NCBI GenBank assembly: GCA_041494685.1
Contig: JBGQBE010000010.1
Span: 57,701 to 77,700 of the forward strand
Reading direction: 5' to 3'
Length of the DNA: 20,000 bases
Origin: Dehalococcoidia bacterium
Lineage (GTDB): Bacteria; Chloroflexota; Dehalococcoidia; DSTF01; JACRBR01
The notes under the pieces are model-generated. The model ran no database searches. It was given only the letters and a program-made list of their open reading frames with translations, and had not been told where the DNA came from. Made by a program: the position numbers and the translations under genes. Numbering within the stretch: the first letter of the stretch is position 1; every line of letters begins with the position of its first letter. Below are positions 1 through 8,173 of this stretch, in pieces.

Positions 1-54
1 CAGGAGATCCGCCGGCACCTCCAGGGCGACATACGCGGACCGCAACCCTCGTGA
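1..54 (+). CDS. Possible 3' end of a convergent gene entering the window (QEIRRHLQGDIRGPQPS*)
   Basis: Frame 1 is open from base 1 to TGA at 52-54 with mostly G/C-ending codons and converges on the permease stop. Too short to assign a function. Confidence 0.3.
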   Translation, partial: QEIRRHLQGDIRGPQPS

Positions 55-124
55 GGCGGGGGAGCCTTGTCTGTACAGGAACGCGCGGGCCCTGCAGGCT
101 CCGTACATCGTGCGACGGCGCGTG

Positions 125-2122
125 TCAGGTCTTGTTAGTGGGAGTTCGCCGCCCAAGCACGTAGCGGTAGTTCGTCACCGTCACCCGGTCTTCGTTCAGG
201 AACGCGAACTTCAAGCGCGTGCCGGTCATGTGGTGCAGGCCGCGCACGATTGGCCACTGCCACCAGTCCGTCGGCGCCGTCCACTCAGGGATCACCATCT
301 CGATCTGGATGTCCGGGTCGACAAGCAACATGCCGCGCACGTAATCGACCAGGTCGCCGACGACGTTGCCACCGCCGAACTCGCTGTGCAGGCTGACCAG
401 CGGCAGCCCCATTTCGTCGAAACCGTGCTCCGCCCAGCGCTGCTTCAGGATCTGCGACGAGTGCTCGCCAGTGTCGATGTGGACGGCCTCCTGCACGACG
501 TTGCGGCTGCCGGTCTGCAGCATCTCCTTGAGCGCCGGTAGACTGTGCCGGTCGAGGCCGGCGACGGCCATGAGGCGAATGCGCTTCACCGGCGTTTCCA
601 TGTAGCCCTCGATCTCCGCGTCCGCCAACGCCAACTCCTCCTTCACCGCTCTGTAGTGGTGGTGAATGCGGAAGAAGATGAAGACCAGCGTCGGTACGAG
701 GATCACCGTGACCCAGGCACCCTCCGTGAACTTGGCGAAGGCGAAGATCACCGCGACCACGCCGGTCACCACCGCGCCCAGCGCATTGACCGCGATCTTC
801 AGCCGCCAGTGCGCGTCGTGCTCCAGCGTCGTGACCAGCGCGCCTTCGGGCGAGTAGCTGGGGATCTTCTCGCCCGGCCGCAGCTTCGCCGTCTTCAGCC
901 AGCGGATCACCATGCCGCTTTGGCTGATCGAGAACGAGAGGAACACGCCGATCGCGTACAGCGGGATCAGCTGCGACACGTCCGCGTGGAATACGACGAT
1001 CAGCAAGCCGGAGGCCAGCGATAGCACTGTGACGCCGATGCCGTACACGAGCCGGTTGTCGCGGTCCGTCATCCATCGCGGGAGAAAGCCATCGCCCGCA
1101 TGCAGCGCGGCGAGACGCGGGAAATCAGCGAACGACGTGTTGGCCGCCATCACCAGGACGGCCGCCGTCCCGAAGATGATCGCGACGTAAAACGGAGAGT
1201 GGGCGCTGAACACGGTTCGCCCGAGCTGCGAGATGACGGTCTCCGACGTGCTCGGCTGCGCGTGCGTGCCGAGTGCCAGCGCGGTGATCCCGACGAACAT
1301 CACACCCAGGGCCGCGATCAGCCAGAACAGCACTGTCGCGGCGTTCCTGGACTTCGGCTCCTCGAACGCCGTGATGCCGTTGCTGATCGCCTCGACCCCC
1401 GTCGCCGCCGTGCTGCCGCTTGCGAACGCACGGAGCAACAGGAAGAGTGTGAGTCCCTTGTTCGCGCTGATCACGTCGTTCACACCCTGGACATCGTGCA
1501 GCGTGCCGGTCAGGTACTTGACCAGGCCGACGAGCAGCATGAGGGCGGTCGCCGAGAGAAAGAAGTACGTCGGCGCGGCGAAGGCCCGGCCCGACTCACG
1601 GACGCCGCGTTTGTTCACGTACCACATGAAGAACAGGACGACGAGGCTGCCGGCCACGCGCTCATTGGCGCTCGACTGCGGTACCGACGGGAAAAACTGG
1701 TGCACGCCGCTCGAAAAGTTCGCGACGCCGGCCGCGATGCTGACGGACACCGTCAGCACGTAGTCCACGAGCAGTGCCGCGCCGGCGATCTGCGCCACGC
1801 CCTCGCCGATGTTGTCGCGCGCGACGATATACGCGCCGCCGCCGTTTGGGTACGCGAAGATCGTCTGGCGGTAGCTGAACAGCAAGATCACGAGCATGCC
1901 TGTGATCAGCAGGGAGATCCACATCGAGTGGAAGAAGTACGCCGTGCCGGCCAGCGCCAGCACCTTGAGGATCTCCTCCGTCGCGTATGCCACGGAGGAG
2001 AGCGCGTCGCTCGCAAAGACCGGTAGCGCGTACTTCTTCGCGAGCACCTGGTGCGGCAGATCCGTCCGCTTGAGCGGCTTTCCGAACGGGCGCCGAAGCA
2101 TCCCGAGGTTGCCGATGCTCAC
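125..2122 (-). CDS. kimA: KimA/YdaO-type APC superfamily permease (probable K+/H+ symporter) with C-terminal cytosolic domain
   Basis: Family motifs FASDALSSVAYATEEIL, YPNGGGAYIV, LLVDYVLTVSVS, TGVEAISNG, ANTSFADFPRLA, RLVY and LIPLYAIGVFLSF, about 12 hydrophobic segments, and a soluble tail with VIPEW...WW...LH. Start placed at GTG 2122, which overlaps the upstream TGA (GTGA) and follows GGAGG. The 2314 start in the ORF track adds a non-homologous Arg-rich stretch. Confidence 0.85.
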   Translation of the reverse strand: MSIGNLGMLRRPFGKPLKRTDLPHQVLAKKYALPVFASDALSSVAYATEEILKVLALAGTAYFFHSMWISLLITGMLVILLFSYRQTIFAYPNGGGAYIVARDNIGEGVAQIAGAALLVDYVLTVSVSIAAGVANFSSGVHQFFPSVPQSSANERVAGSLVVLFFMWYVNKRGVRESGRAFAAPTYFFLSATALMLLVGLVKYLTGTLHDVQGVNDVISANKGLTLFLLLRAFASGSTAATGVEAISNGITAFEEPKSRNAATVLFWLIAALGVMFVGITALALGTHAQPSTSETVISQLGRTVFSAHSPFYVAIIFGTAAVLVMAANTSFADFPRLAALHAGDGFLPRWMTDRDNRLVYGIGVTVLSLASGLLIVVFHADVSQLIPLYAIGVFLSFSISQSGMVIRWLKTAKLRPGEKIPSYSPEGALVTTLEHDAHWRLKIAVNALGAVVTGVVAVIFAFAKFTEGAWVTVILVPTLVFIFFRIHHHYRAVKEELALADAEIEGYMETPVKRIRLMAVAGLDRHSLPALKEMLQTGSRNVVQEAVHIDTGEHSSQILKQRWAEHGFDEMGLPLVSLHSEFGGGNVVGDLVDYVRGMLLVDPDIQIEMVIPEWTAPTDWWQWPIVRGLHHMTGTRLKFAFLNEDRVTVTNYRYVLGRRTPTNKT

Positions 2123-3480
2123 GCTCGCCTCCCGGAATTCACGAGCACCTTGCCTGGCGCGCGGCGCAGCACTTCCGCCACGACCGGGCTGCTGCCGTTC
2201 CGGCGCTCGCCGCTCTCTGAGTCCGAGACGACGATCAGATCGGCGGACTCCTCCGCCGCGGCGCGCACGATGCTGGTCGCAATGACGCGGCCCGTGACGA
2301 GCCGCGACGTGCATGACGCGGACCGGTGGCGCTCGACGATGGCGCGACCAAGCTCGAGCGCGCGCTCGGCGCGCCGCACCGCCTCCTCGGGCGGCTGGTC
2401 AAGCGGCAGCCTGTACGGTACTTCGACGACGTGGACGAGGATGATGGCGGCCTTCTGCGCCTCGCCGAGCCGGCATGCCAGCTCGACTGCACGCCCCGAC
2501 GCGACGTCATCATCCACGGCGACGACGATGCGCTGAAGCGCGCCAACCGACTGCTCGCTCGACTCGACGGTCGCGGAGAGTTCCGGCGAAAGCCGGCTGG
2601 CCTGCCGTCCGATGTCTGAGGTCAGCACCGCGAGGAAGGCGTGGATCGCTCCGATGGCCTCGATCCCGCGCGACGGATACACGACCCGTGCTTGCGGGAG
2701 CAGCGCCGCCATCGCGTCGCCCCAGCCGCGGAAGATGGCGCGGTGCTTCGGCTGCATCACGAGCGCCGGATGATCGAGCGTGGGCAGCAGCGCCCGCACG
2801 TCGGCGCGGGAGATGAGGTCGCGGCGGCGCGACACGGCCGGAGGCGAGGACGTGGCCGACCACCGTTCCGCCAGCGCGCGGGCGTCGCCCTCGTCAACGC
2901 CGAAGGCGTCGAGCAGTTGCCACGGGTCGTCGGCGGCACCCTCGTCAGTACCTGCCGGCTCGAACCAGCGCGACATGAGTTCGCGCGGCAGACCGGCGGC
3001 GGACGGTTCGTCGGCGACGAACTTAGGGGGCACGAAGTTGAAGACGAGGCCGAGCACCCGCTCCGGCCGCAGAGCGGCGGCGTGCGCGATCGTGTATCCG
3101 GTGTCGGCGACGCCGTAGAGTACGGCGCGCTCCACGCCGGCGGCATCGGCGACCCGCCAGAGGTCCGCGCCCATCTCCTCCCAGTCCGTCGACGCTCCCG
3201 CCCCGGCGGAGCTGCCACTGCCGCGCTGGTCGAACGTGATCAGGTTGAACCCCGACGCCAGCGCATCCAGGAATGCGGTCTGCCCCGGCGCAGCGACGAG
3301 CCCGGCGTTGGTAATGCCGTAGCTCAGCGGATGGAGGATCGCCAGCCCACGCCCGGCGCGCGACTGCCACGCGAGAGACGGCGGCTCGGTCAGCGACTCA
3401 TGGCGATCGGGGGGCTGGCCGTCCCCGTCGCGCGCCGGTTCGGCGACCTGTATCTCCTGAGGCTGCGTTGCGATGACCAT
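2119..3480 (-). CDS. Fusion of an alpha/beta-hydrolase-fold domain (degenerate active site) and a C-terminal universal stress protein (USP) domain
   Basis: The N-terminal part has FDQRGSGSS, DLWRVADAAGVERAVLYG, RPERVLGLV and DVRALLPTLDHPALV (alpha/beta hydrolase). The last ~140 aa has RIVVAVDD, LVHVVEVP..LPLD, IVRAAAEESADLIVV and VLRRAPGKVLV (USP). GAGG precedes the ATG. Confidence 0.85.
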   Translation of the reverse strand: MVIATQPQEIQVAEPARDGDGQPPDRHESLTEPPSLAWQSRAGRGLAILHPLSYGITNAGLVAAPGQTAFLDALASGFNLITFDQRGSGSSAGAGASTDWEEMGADLWRVADAAGVERAVLYGVADTGYTIAHAAALRPERVLGLVFNFVPPKFVADEPSAAGLPRELMSRWFEPAGTDEGAADDPWQLLDAFGVDEGDARALAERWSATSSPPAVSRRRDLISRADVRALLPTLDHPALVMQPKHRAIFRGWGDAMAALLPQARVVYPSRGIEAIGAIHAFLAVLTSDIGRQASRLSPELSATVESSEQSVGALQRIVVAVDDDVASGRAVELACRLGEAQKAAIILVHVVEVPYRLPLDQPPEEAVRRAERALELGRAIVERHRSASCTSRLVTGRVIATSIVRAAAEESADLIVVSDSESGERRNGSSPVVAEVLRRAPGKVLVNSGRRA

Positions 3481-3558
3481 CTCGGACCTCCGCGATCAGC
3501 CTAGGATCAGCGGCATCCGGGGCGTGTCAGCGTCCGGCGCTACGACATACGGGAATTG

Positions 3559-4257
3559 TCAGGAAGTGGCGTCCGGCTCGAGGAATCGGTAGCCAATGCC
3601 GGACTCCGTCCGGATAAAGCGGGGATGGGCCGGGTCATCGTGCAACTTGGCGCGTAGCTGGTTCACGTACGTCCGCAGCACGTGCGTGTCTTCGGCGTAC
3701 TCCATGCCCCACACGGCACGCAGGATCATCGGGTGCGTCAGCACTTTGCCCGCGTTCGTCGCCAGATACTTGAGCAGGCTGTACTCGGTCGGCGTCAGGC
3801 GCAGTGCCTCGCCGTCCAGGGTTACTGACCGGCGCTCCAGGTCGACAGACAGGTTCTCCACCCTGATGATCGGGCGCTGCGCTCGCGTTGCGCTTCCACG
3901 CCTGAGCGCAACGCGGATCCGCGCGAGCAACTCCTCGATCCCAAACGGCTTCGTCAGGTAATCGTCGGCGCCAGCGTCCAGTGCAGCCACCTTGGTGCGC
4001 TCATCACCGACCACGGACAGCACGACGATGGGCGTGTCATACGTCTTCCGCAATGCTCGGCACACGTCCACGCCACTCGTATCGGGCAGCATCAGATCGA
4101 GGAGCACCACATCAGGCCGGAAGGCTTCGAACTCTCTCAGCGCCGACGCGCCGTCATCCGCCTCGCGCACGACGTAGCCGTGCCCCTCCAGCGATACCCT
4201 GACGGCGCGCCGCAATTGGGGTTCATCGTCAACCACGAGGATGCGCGGTTCGCTCAT
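3559..4257 (-). CDS. kdpE: OmpR/PhoB-family response regulator, KdpE-like
   Basis: Receiver motifs ILVVDDE, LLDLMLPD and GADDYLTKPF. Winged-helix region LTPTEYSLLKYLATNAGKVLTH..ILRAVWG and LRTYVNQLRAKLHDDPAHPRFIRTESGIGYRF is typical of KdpE. The ATG overlaps the upstream kinase stop (ATGA). Confidence 0.88.
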   Translation of the reverse strand: MSEPRILVVDDEPQLRRAVRVSLEGHGYVVREADDGASALREFEAFRPDVVLLDLMLPDTSGVDVCRALRKTYDTPIVVLSVVGDERTKVAALDAGADDYLTKPFGIEELLARIRVALRRGSATRAQRPIIRVENLSVDLERRSVTLDGEALRLTPTEYSLLKYLATNAGKVLTHPMILRAVWGMEYAEDTHVLRTYVNQLRAKLHDDPAHPRFIRTESGIGYRFLEPDATS

Positions 4258-4883
4258 GTCCGGGCCGCCGTCTGCGGCGCGGGCGAGTCCAGCGATAGCG
4301 TGGTCACGAACCGCGCACCGCCTGGCGGGTTCTCAACCCGCACCGTCCCGCCGCTCAAGCCAACGAACCCTTTGACGATAGCAAGACCCAGCCCGCCGCC
4401 CTTTGTCCGCCTGCCGATCCCGTTGCCACGATAGAAGCGCTCGAACAAGTGCGGGATGTCGTCCGGCGGAATGCCCGGCCCTTCGTCGGCGACGGTCAAT
4501 TCCGCCGACGCGCTTCTGCGGACAGCACTCAAGGTAATGCTGCCTCCAGGCGTCGAGTAGTTAGCAGCGTTCCCTGGTCGATCAGCGCGACGATCAGGAA
4601 CACGACGAGCACGAACGCGTTCTTCGGGTCTTCTGCCGTAAACGTGTACCGCGGCGGCACGAAGAAGAAGTCGAACGTCAGATTCAGCAGCGCCGCGAAC
4701 AGCCCGACCTGCCAACTCCAGGTCGCAGCAACCAGCAGCGACACGAGAAGGTAGACCAGGCCAGCGTTGAGGAGGCCGATCGGGCCATGCAAAGGCGCGA
4801 GCGCGGCCGTGAGTGCGGCGGGTTCCGACAACGGTCATCGCCACGCCGGCGCGGCGTTTCCGGAGCAGCGCACGAATCGTCAC
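4254..4883 (-). pseudogene. kdpD: KdpD-like sensor kinase pseudogene: DUF4118 membrane domain joined to a HATPase_c remnant, with the GAF/HisKA region deleted and frameshifts
   Basis: Frame A starts MTIRALLRKRRAGVAMTVVGT. One extra base in GGG 4820-4822 shifts to frame B, AALTAALAP...NAGLVYLLV...FDFFFVPPRYTFTAEDP..VFLIVALI (DUF4118). Near 4572-4580 homology returns to frame A, NAANYS...VADEGPGIP..IPHLFERFYR...GGGLGLAIVKG (N, G1, F and G2 boxes). No H-box is seen in any frame. Confidence 0.85.
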
Positions 4884-4889
4884 AGGTTC

Positions 4890-4895
4890 ATTCTA
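4890..4895 (-). promoter_or_regulatory. -10 element (TAGAAT) of a probably leaderless kdpD-kdpE-hydrolase/USP-kimA transcript
   Basis: TAGAAT lies 6 nt upstream of GTG 4883, with no SD sequence. Confidence 0.6.
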
Positions 4896-4964
4896 ACGGG
4901 CCAGCCTGGCGATCGTCTCGGCACGATCCGCTCATCGTGGCGGCACCACCAGCCTTGGTGCCTC

Positions 4965-4973
4965 TGCTATCCT
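4965..4973 (+). promoter_or_regulatory. Extended -10 element (TGcTATCCT) of a probably leaderless transcript
   Basis: TGnTATCCT ends 7 nt before ATG 4981, with no SD sequence. Divergent from the kdpD promoter. Confidence 0.6.
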
Positions 4974-4980
4974 TGGGCCG

Positions 4981-5442
4981 ATGTCTAACCTCTTCAATTA
5001 CATCCCACACCCGCACACGGAGAGCCGCAAGGAGACTGGCCCACCGAAGGTGGCGTCAGCCGTCGCTCAGATCCATGGACCGGGCCTGATCGGGCGTGTC
5101 AACGCCAAGGTTGGACTGAAGATCACCCTAGTCGTCGGCACGATGTGGTGCGCCTATCTCTTCACGCTCCTCGCGTTGGTCAGCGCTCCGTCGGCGCTCA
5201 AGACCGGCGATTCGATCATCGTCGTAGCTTGGATCGCTCAGACGTTCTTGCAGCTGGTGCTCCTGCCGATCATCATCGTCGGCCAGAACGTTCAGGCCGC
5301 CGCTGCGGATGCGCGGTCCCAGGCCACCTACGACGACGCGGCCGCTGTGCTCGAAGAGGCCAAGCAGATCCAGGCCCACCTGGAGGCCCAAGACGCCGTG
5401 ATCGAGAAGATCCTGGCCGCCATCACGCCGAAGTCCACGTGA
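4981..5442 (+). CDS. DUF1003-like small membrane protein with C-terminal coiled coil
   Basis: ITLVVGTMWCAYLF and QTFLQLVLLPIIIVGQN..AAAADARSQATYDDA, two hydrophobic segments and a helical tail. Strong G/C third-position bias. Confidence 0.75.
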   Translation: MSNLFNYIPHPHTESRKETGPPKVASAVAQIHGPGLIGRVNAKVGLKITLVVGTMWCAYLFTLLALVSAPSALKTGDSIIVVAWIAQTFLQLVLLPIIIVGQNVQAAAADARSQATYDDAAAVLEEAKQIQAHLEAQDAVIEKILAAITPKST

Positions 5443-5608
5443 GCTGAAGGCCGATCGGACGCCAGTGCCCGCTAAGGAGGTCTCGGCGTTCACCCACGAT
5501 CCTCATAGTGCGCCGCGGTTAATTCGCGGTGACCTCTGGAAGTGCGTGACCGATCACGCGCGACGCGGTCGATCGGCCTCCTCCGCGACCTCCGCTGCTT
5601 TGCCGATG

Positions 5609-7075
5609 TCAGGCGTCTGAATCTGGGGCGCGGATGAGCTCCATCATGTCTCCGCGGAGACCTGTGATCTCGCCCGCGTCGTTGCGCACCAGCGCGAGGT
5701 AAGCGGGCTCGACGTCTTCTGTCTGGAGCATGAAGAACGTTGGGTCTGAGGCGTCGGCAGGCAACATGCGCACGCCGTCCTTCCAGGGGCCGCGCTGCGA
5801 ATGCACGTACAGATCGCCGTCATGATCTTCGATACGCACGCGGCCGACGCCGGCGATGATACGCAGGTTCGTAAGCGTGCCCGGCGAACCCTGGTACAGC
5901 CCCGGAGCCGCGGCGAGCACCGCGGGATCGAGCCGACATACCGCCTCGTGGGCAGCGGGAGGCGCGTCGACCAACGCGCGTATCAGTGCTGAGCCGACGT
6001 GCATCATGTCCATCGACGTGAGGTTGAGGTGGACGAGCAGCGCGACGTCATCGTCGGGCAGTACGCTGAGCATCGTGTTCCAGCCGCCTGCGACGCCGCC
6101 TCCGTGGCCGAACACACGGCGCCCGAAGCGGCGCAGGCGGGCGAACGCGAATCCTTGGCTGGGCAGCCGATCGTGCAGGCACCACTGCGGCGCCACCATC
6201 GCGTCGAACGTCTCCGGCCGGACGATACCGCCGCCACGCCGCAACAGCGCCGACGCGTAGCGGCCCATATCGTAGATCGTCGACTGCACGGCGCCGGCCG
6301 CTCGCAGAGACTCGCCGCGAATGTACTGGTAGTTCGCCATGCGGATGTTATGGCCGTCGACGGCCTCTTCGTCTGGCACGTGGCCGCCGGAGCGTTCGAT
6401 GAGGACGCGCTGCTCTTCGTCCGGGGCGCGGTGGTAGCCGGTGGTGAGATCAGGATGCGGCCGGTCGAAGCTGTCGCTACTCTCCATGCCGAGCGGCTCG
6501 AAAATGCGTCGCCGCAGGACGTCGTCCACCGGCATGCCTTCTTTGCGGGCGAGGATCTCGCCGAGCAGGCCGTAGCCGTGGTTAGCATAGGCCCACTTCG
6601 TGCCCGGCGGCACCTCGATGAGGATGCCGTTCGGGTACGCCTCGACGGTGGACGGCACCTCCGGCGCGTCGGACCACAGCACTTCCTCAATGCGCGTGAC
6701 GTGCTCCATCGTGGGCGCTTCGCCGATGCCGCCTGTGTGCGTGAGCAGATGCCGCACCGTGAGAGCGTCCGCGTGACCGTGCAATGGCACATCGGGCAGT
6801 AGCCCGACGATGCGGTCGTCGAGCGAGAGGCGCCCTTCGTCGATGAGCGCCATGATGCAGAGCGCCGTCATCGTTTTCGTAATCGAACCGATGCGTTGGC
6901 GGAGTGCTGGATCCTGCCTTCGGCCGCTCTCGATGTCGGCGAAGCCGAAGCCCTCGGCGAAGACCAGATCATCGCCCTGTACGACCCCGACAGCCAGCCC
7001 TGGCAGATGCCGTTCCTCGACGAGCGAGGCCGCCGTTTGTCGGATACGGTCGAGGTCCGTCGAAGCGAGCTTCAT
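5609..7075 (-). CDS. Serine hydrolase of the beta-lactamase / AmpC / R61-peptidase family, probably cytoplasmic
   Basis: SxxK (IGSITKT), LLTHTGG, YxN (WAYANHGY) and HGG motifs, plus PGLAVGVV...GFGFAD. No signal peptide. Start at ATG 7075 after AAAGG; 7099 is an alternative. Confidence 0.88.
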   Translation of the reverse strand: MKLASTDLDRIRQTAASLVEERHLPGLAVGVVQGDDLVFAEGFGFADIESGRRQDPALRQRIGSITKTMTALCIMALIDEGRLSLDDRIVGLLPDVPLHGHADALTVRHLLTHTGGIGEAPTMEHVTRIEEVLWSDAPEVPSTVEAYPNGILIEVPPGTKWAYANHGYGLLGEILARKEGMPVDDVLRRRIFEPLGMESSDSFDRPHPDLTTGYHRAPDEEQRVLIERSGGHVPDEEAVDGHNIRMANYQYIRGESLRAAGAVQSTIYDMGRYASALLRRGGGIVRPETFDAMVAPQWCLHDRLPSQGFAFARLRRFGRRVFGHGGGVAGGWNTMLSVLPDDDVALLVHLNLTSMDMMHVGSALIRALVDAPPAAHEAVCRLDPAVLAAAPGLYQGSPGTLTNLRIIAGVGRVRIEDHDGDLYVHSQRGPWKDGVRMLPADASDPTFFMLQTEDVEPAYLALVRNDAGEITGLRGDMMELIRAPDSDA

Positions 7076-7161
7076 GTCGCGCCGCCTTTCTGCGTCCATT
7101 CAACGTGCTGCGAAGACTGGGCGCAACAAGAAGGGCTCGGAGAGCGGTGGTGCGGCATGGC

Positions 7162-7614
7162 TCAGACGGCGGCGAGTTGGACCGCAAGCAACGCCGCCAT
7201 CGCCGTGACGCAGATGAGATGGTCGCGAAGAATGCTCCTCGCGAGCCGGCTCCGCACCTCCGGCGAATCGAGCCCGGCGCCGAGGCGCCGAGCCGCGCCG
7301 AACACCCGGCCCACTGCTAGTCCGATCGCGAGCACGGCGGCGGAGAGCGAGACGGCGCTCACCCAGACGGCCGCATCGGCACGTGCTGCCTGTGTGACCA
7401 ATGCGGCGAGCAGCACGAGCATCGTCAGCGCGACGAGCCGTCCCATCGGAGACGCCGTCGTGGTCACTCGCCGGTAGTACGCCGATATCGAGTCCAGCAC
7501 CTGCTCCGGCACTTCCAACGAACGTCCATGCGGTAGCACCTGCACGTCGAATATGAGGTCGAACCACAAAACAGCGACCAGGAAGCCAGTCGCCGCGGTG
7601 ATCACCTGCGTCAT
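7162..7614 (-). CDS. Four-helix membrane protein of unknown function
   Basis: 150 aa beginning MTQVITAATGFLVAVLWFDLIFDVQV, with four hydrophobic segments and a YYRRVTT motif. The upstream extension in the ORF track looks non-coding. Confidence 0.75.
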   Translation of the reverse strand: MTQVITAATGFLVAVLWFDLIFDVQVLPHGRSLEVPEQVLDSISAYYRRVTTTASPMGRLVALTMLVLLAALVTQAARADAAVWVSAVSLSAAVLAIGLAVGRVFGAARRLGAGLDSPEVRSRLARSILRDHLICVTAMAALLAVQLAAV

Positions 7615-7914
7615 GCCACGCCCCCATCCTGTCCGAGAACCTTCCAGATAAGGCACCGCGCCGCAGCTTGAAGTTCCGTGTCCGGCGGCTTGAACCCAAG
7701 CGCCCGGACCTTCCGCAGGCCGACCTCGACCTGGCGCCGACCGGCCGCGCTCAGGCCTGCGGCTGATCGTACAGCACGCGGCGGATTGCCTGAACACCGC
7801 GCGCGATCGTTCCACTCACGCCTGGCGTGTGTCCGTGGGCAGCCTCGTGAATCCGACTCGCAGTCGGCGGCGTACATCGCACGAGCCGACCTCGCCTTCC
7901 TGAGGAGACCCGCC

Positions 7915-8040
7915 ATGTGCAAGAAACTCGCGTTCCCGGTGTTCTGTGCGGGCCTGTGCTGTCTTGCGCTATCGGTCGTCGCGGTCCTTACCGTTCGCGG
8001 CGAACGCTCGGCCGGCGCCGCGCAGGCGGCCGAACCCTAG
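7915..8040 (+). CDS. 41-aa single-TM or signal-like small protein, Cys-rich
   Basis: GAGGAG at 7902-7907 sits 7 nt before ATG 7915. The sequence MCKKLAFPVFCAGLCCLALSVVAVLTVRGERSAGAAQAAEP has a basic N-terminus and a hydrophobic core. Confidence 0.55.
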   Translation: MCKKLAFPVFCAGLCCLALSVVAVLTVRGERSAGAAQAAEP

Positions 8041-8173
8041 CGCTAGCGTTGCGGACGCATGCGGCGGCGGCGAAGCGCCAGTCCCCAGGTCGTGCCGACT
8101 GCGGTCGCGACGAGCGTAAACACCACCGCGATCCATGCGGTTGGGGGATGCGGCTGACCGTCCGCCCGCGCCG

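Noticed and set aside
2123..2314. N-terminal extension of the 729-aa permease ORF
   Set aside because: It overlaps the USP domain in another frame and is Arg-rich and non-homologous. A GTG with SD and stop/start overlap exists at 2122.
3481..3558. Possible c-di-AMP (ydaO) riboswitch upstream of the KimA-like gene
   Set aside because: The gap is only 78 bp and I see no riboswitch consensus here or at 4884-4980. An Infernal scan would settle it.
5443..5608. Hairpins between convergent genes as terminator or ncRNA
   Set aside because: Only short imperfect GC-rich stems without U-tracts, which are expected by chance.
5609..7075. Beta-lactam resistance gene
   Set aside because: No signal peptide and HGG rather than KTG. 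It belongs to the broad esterase/peptidase-like serine hydrolase group, so resistance is unsupported.
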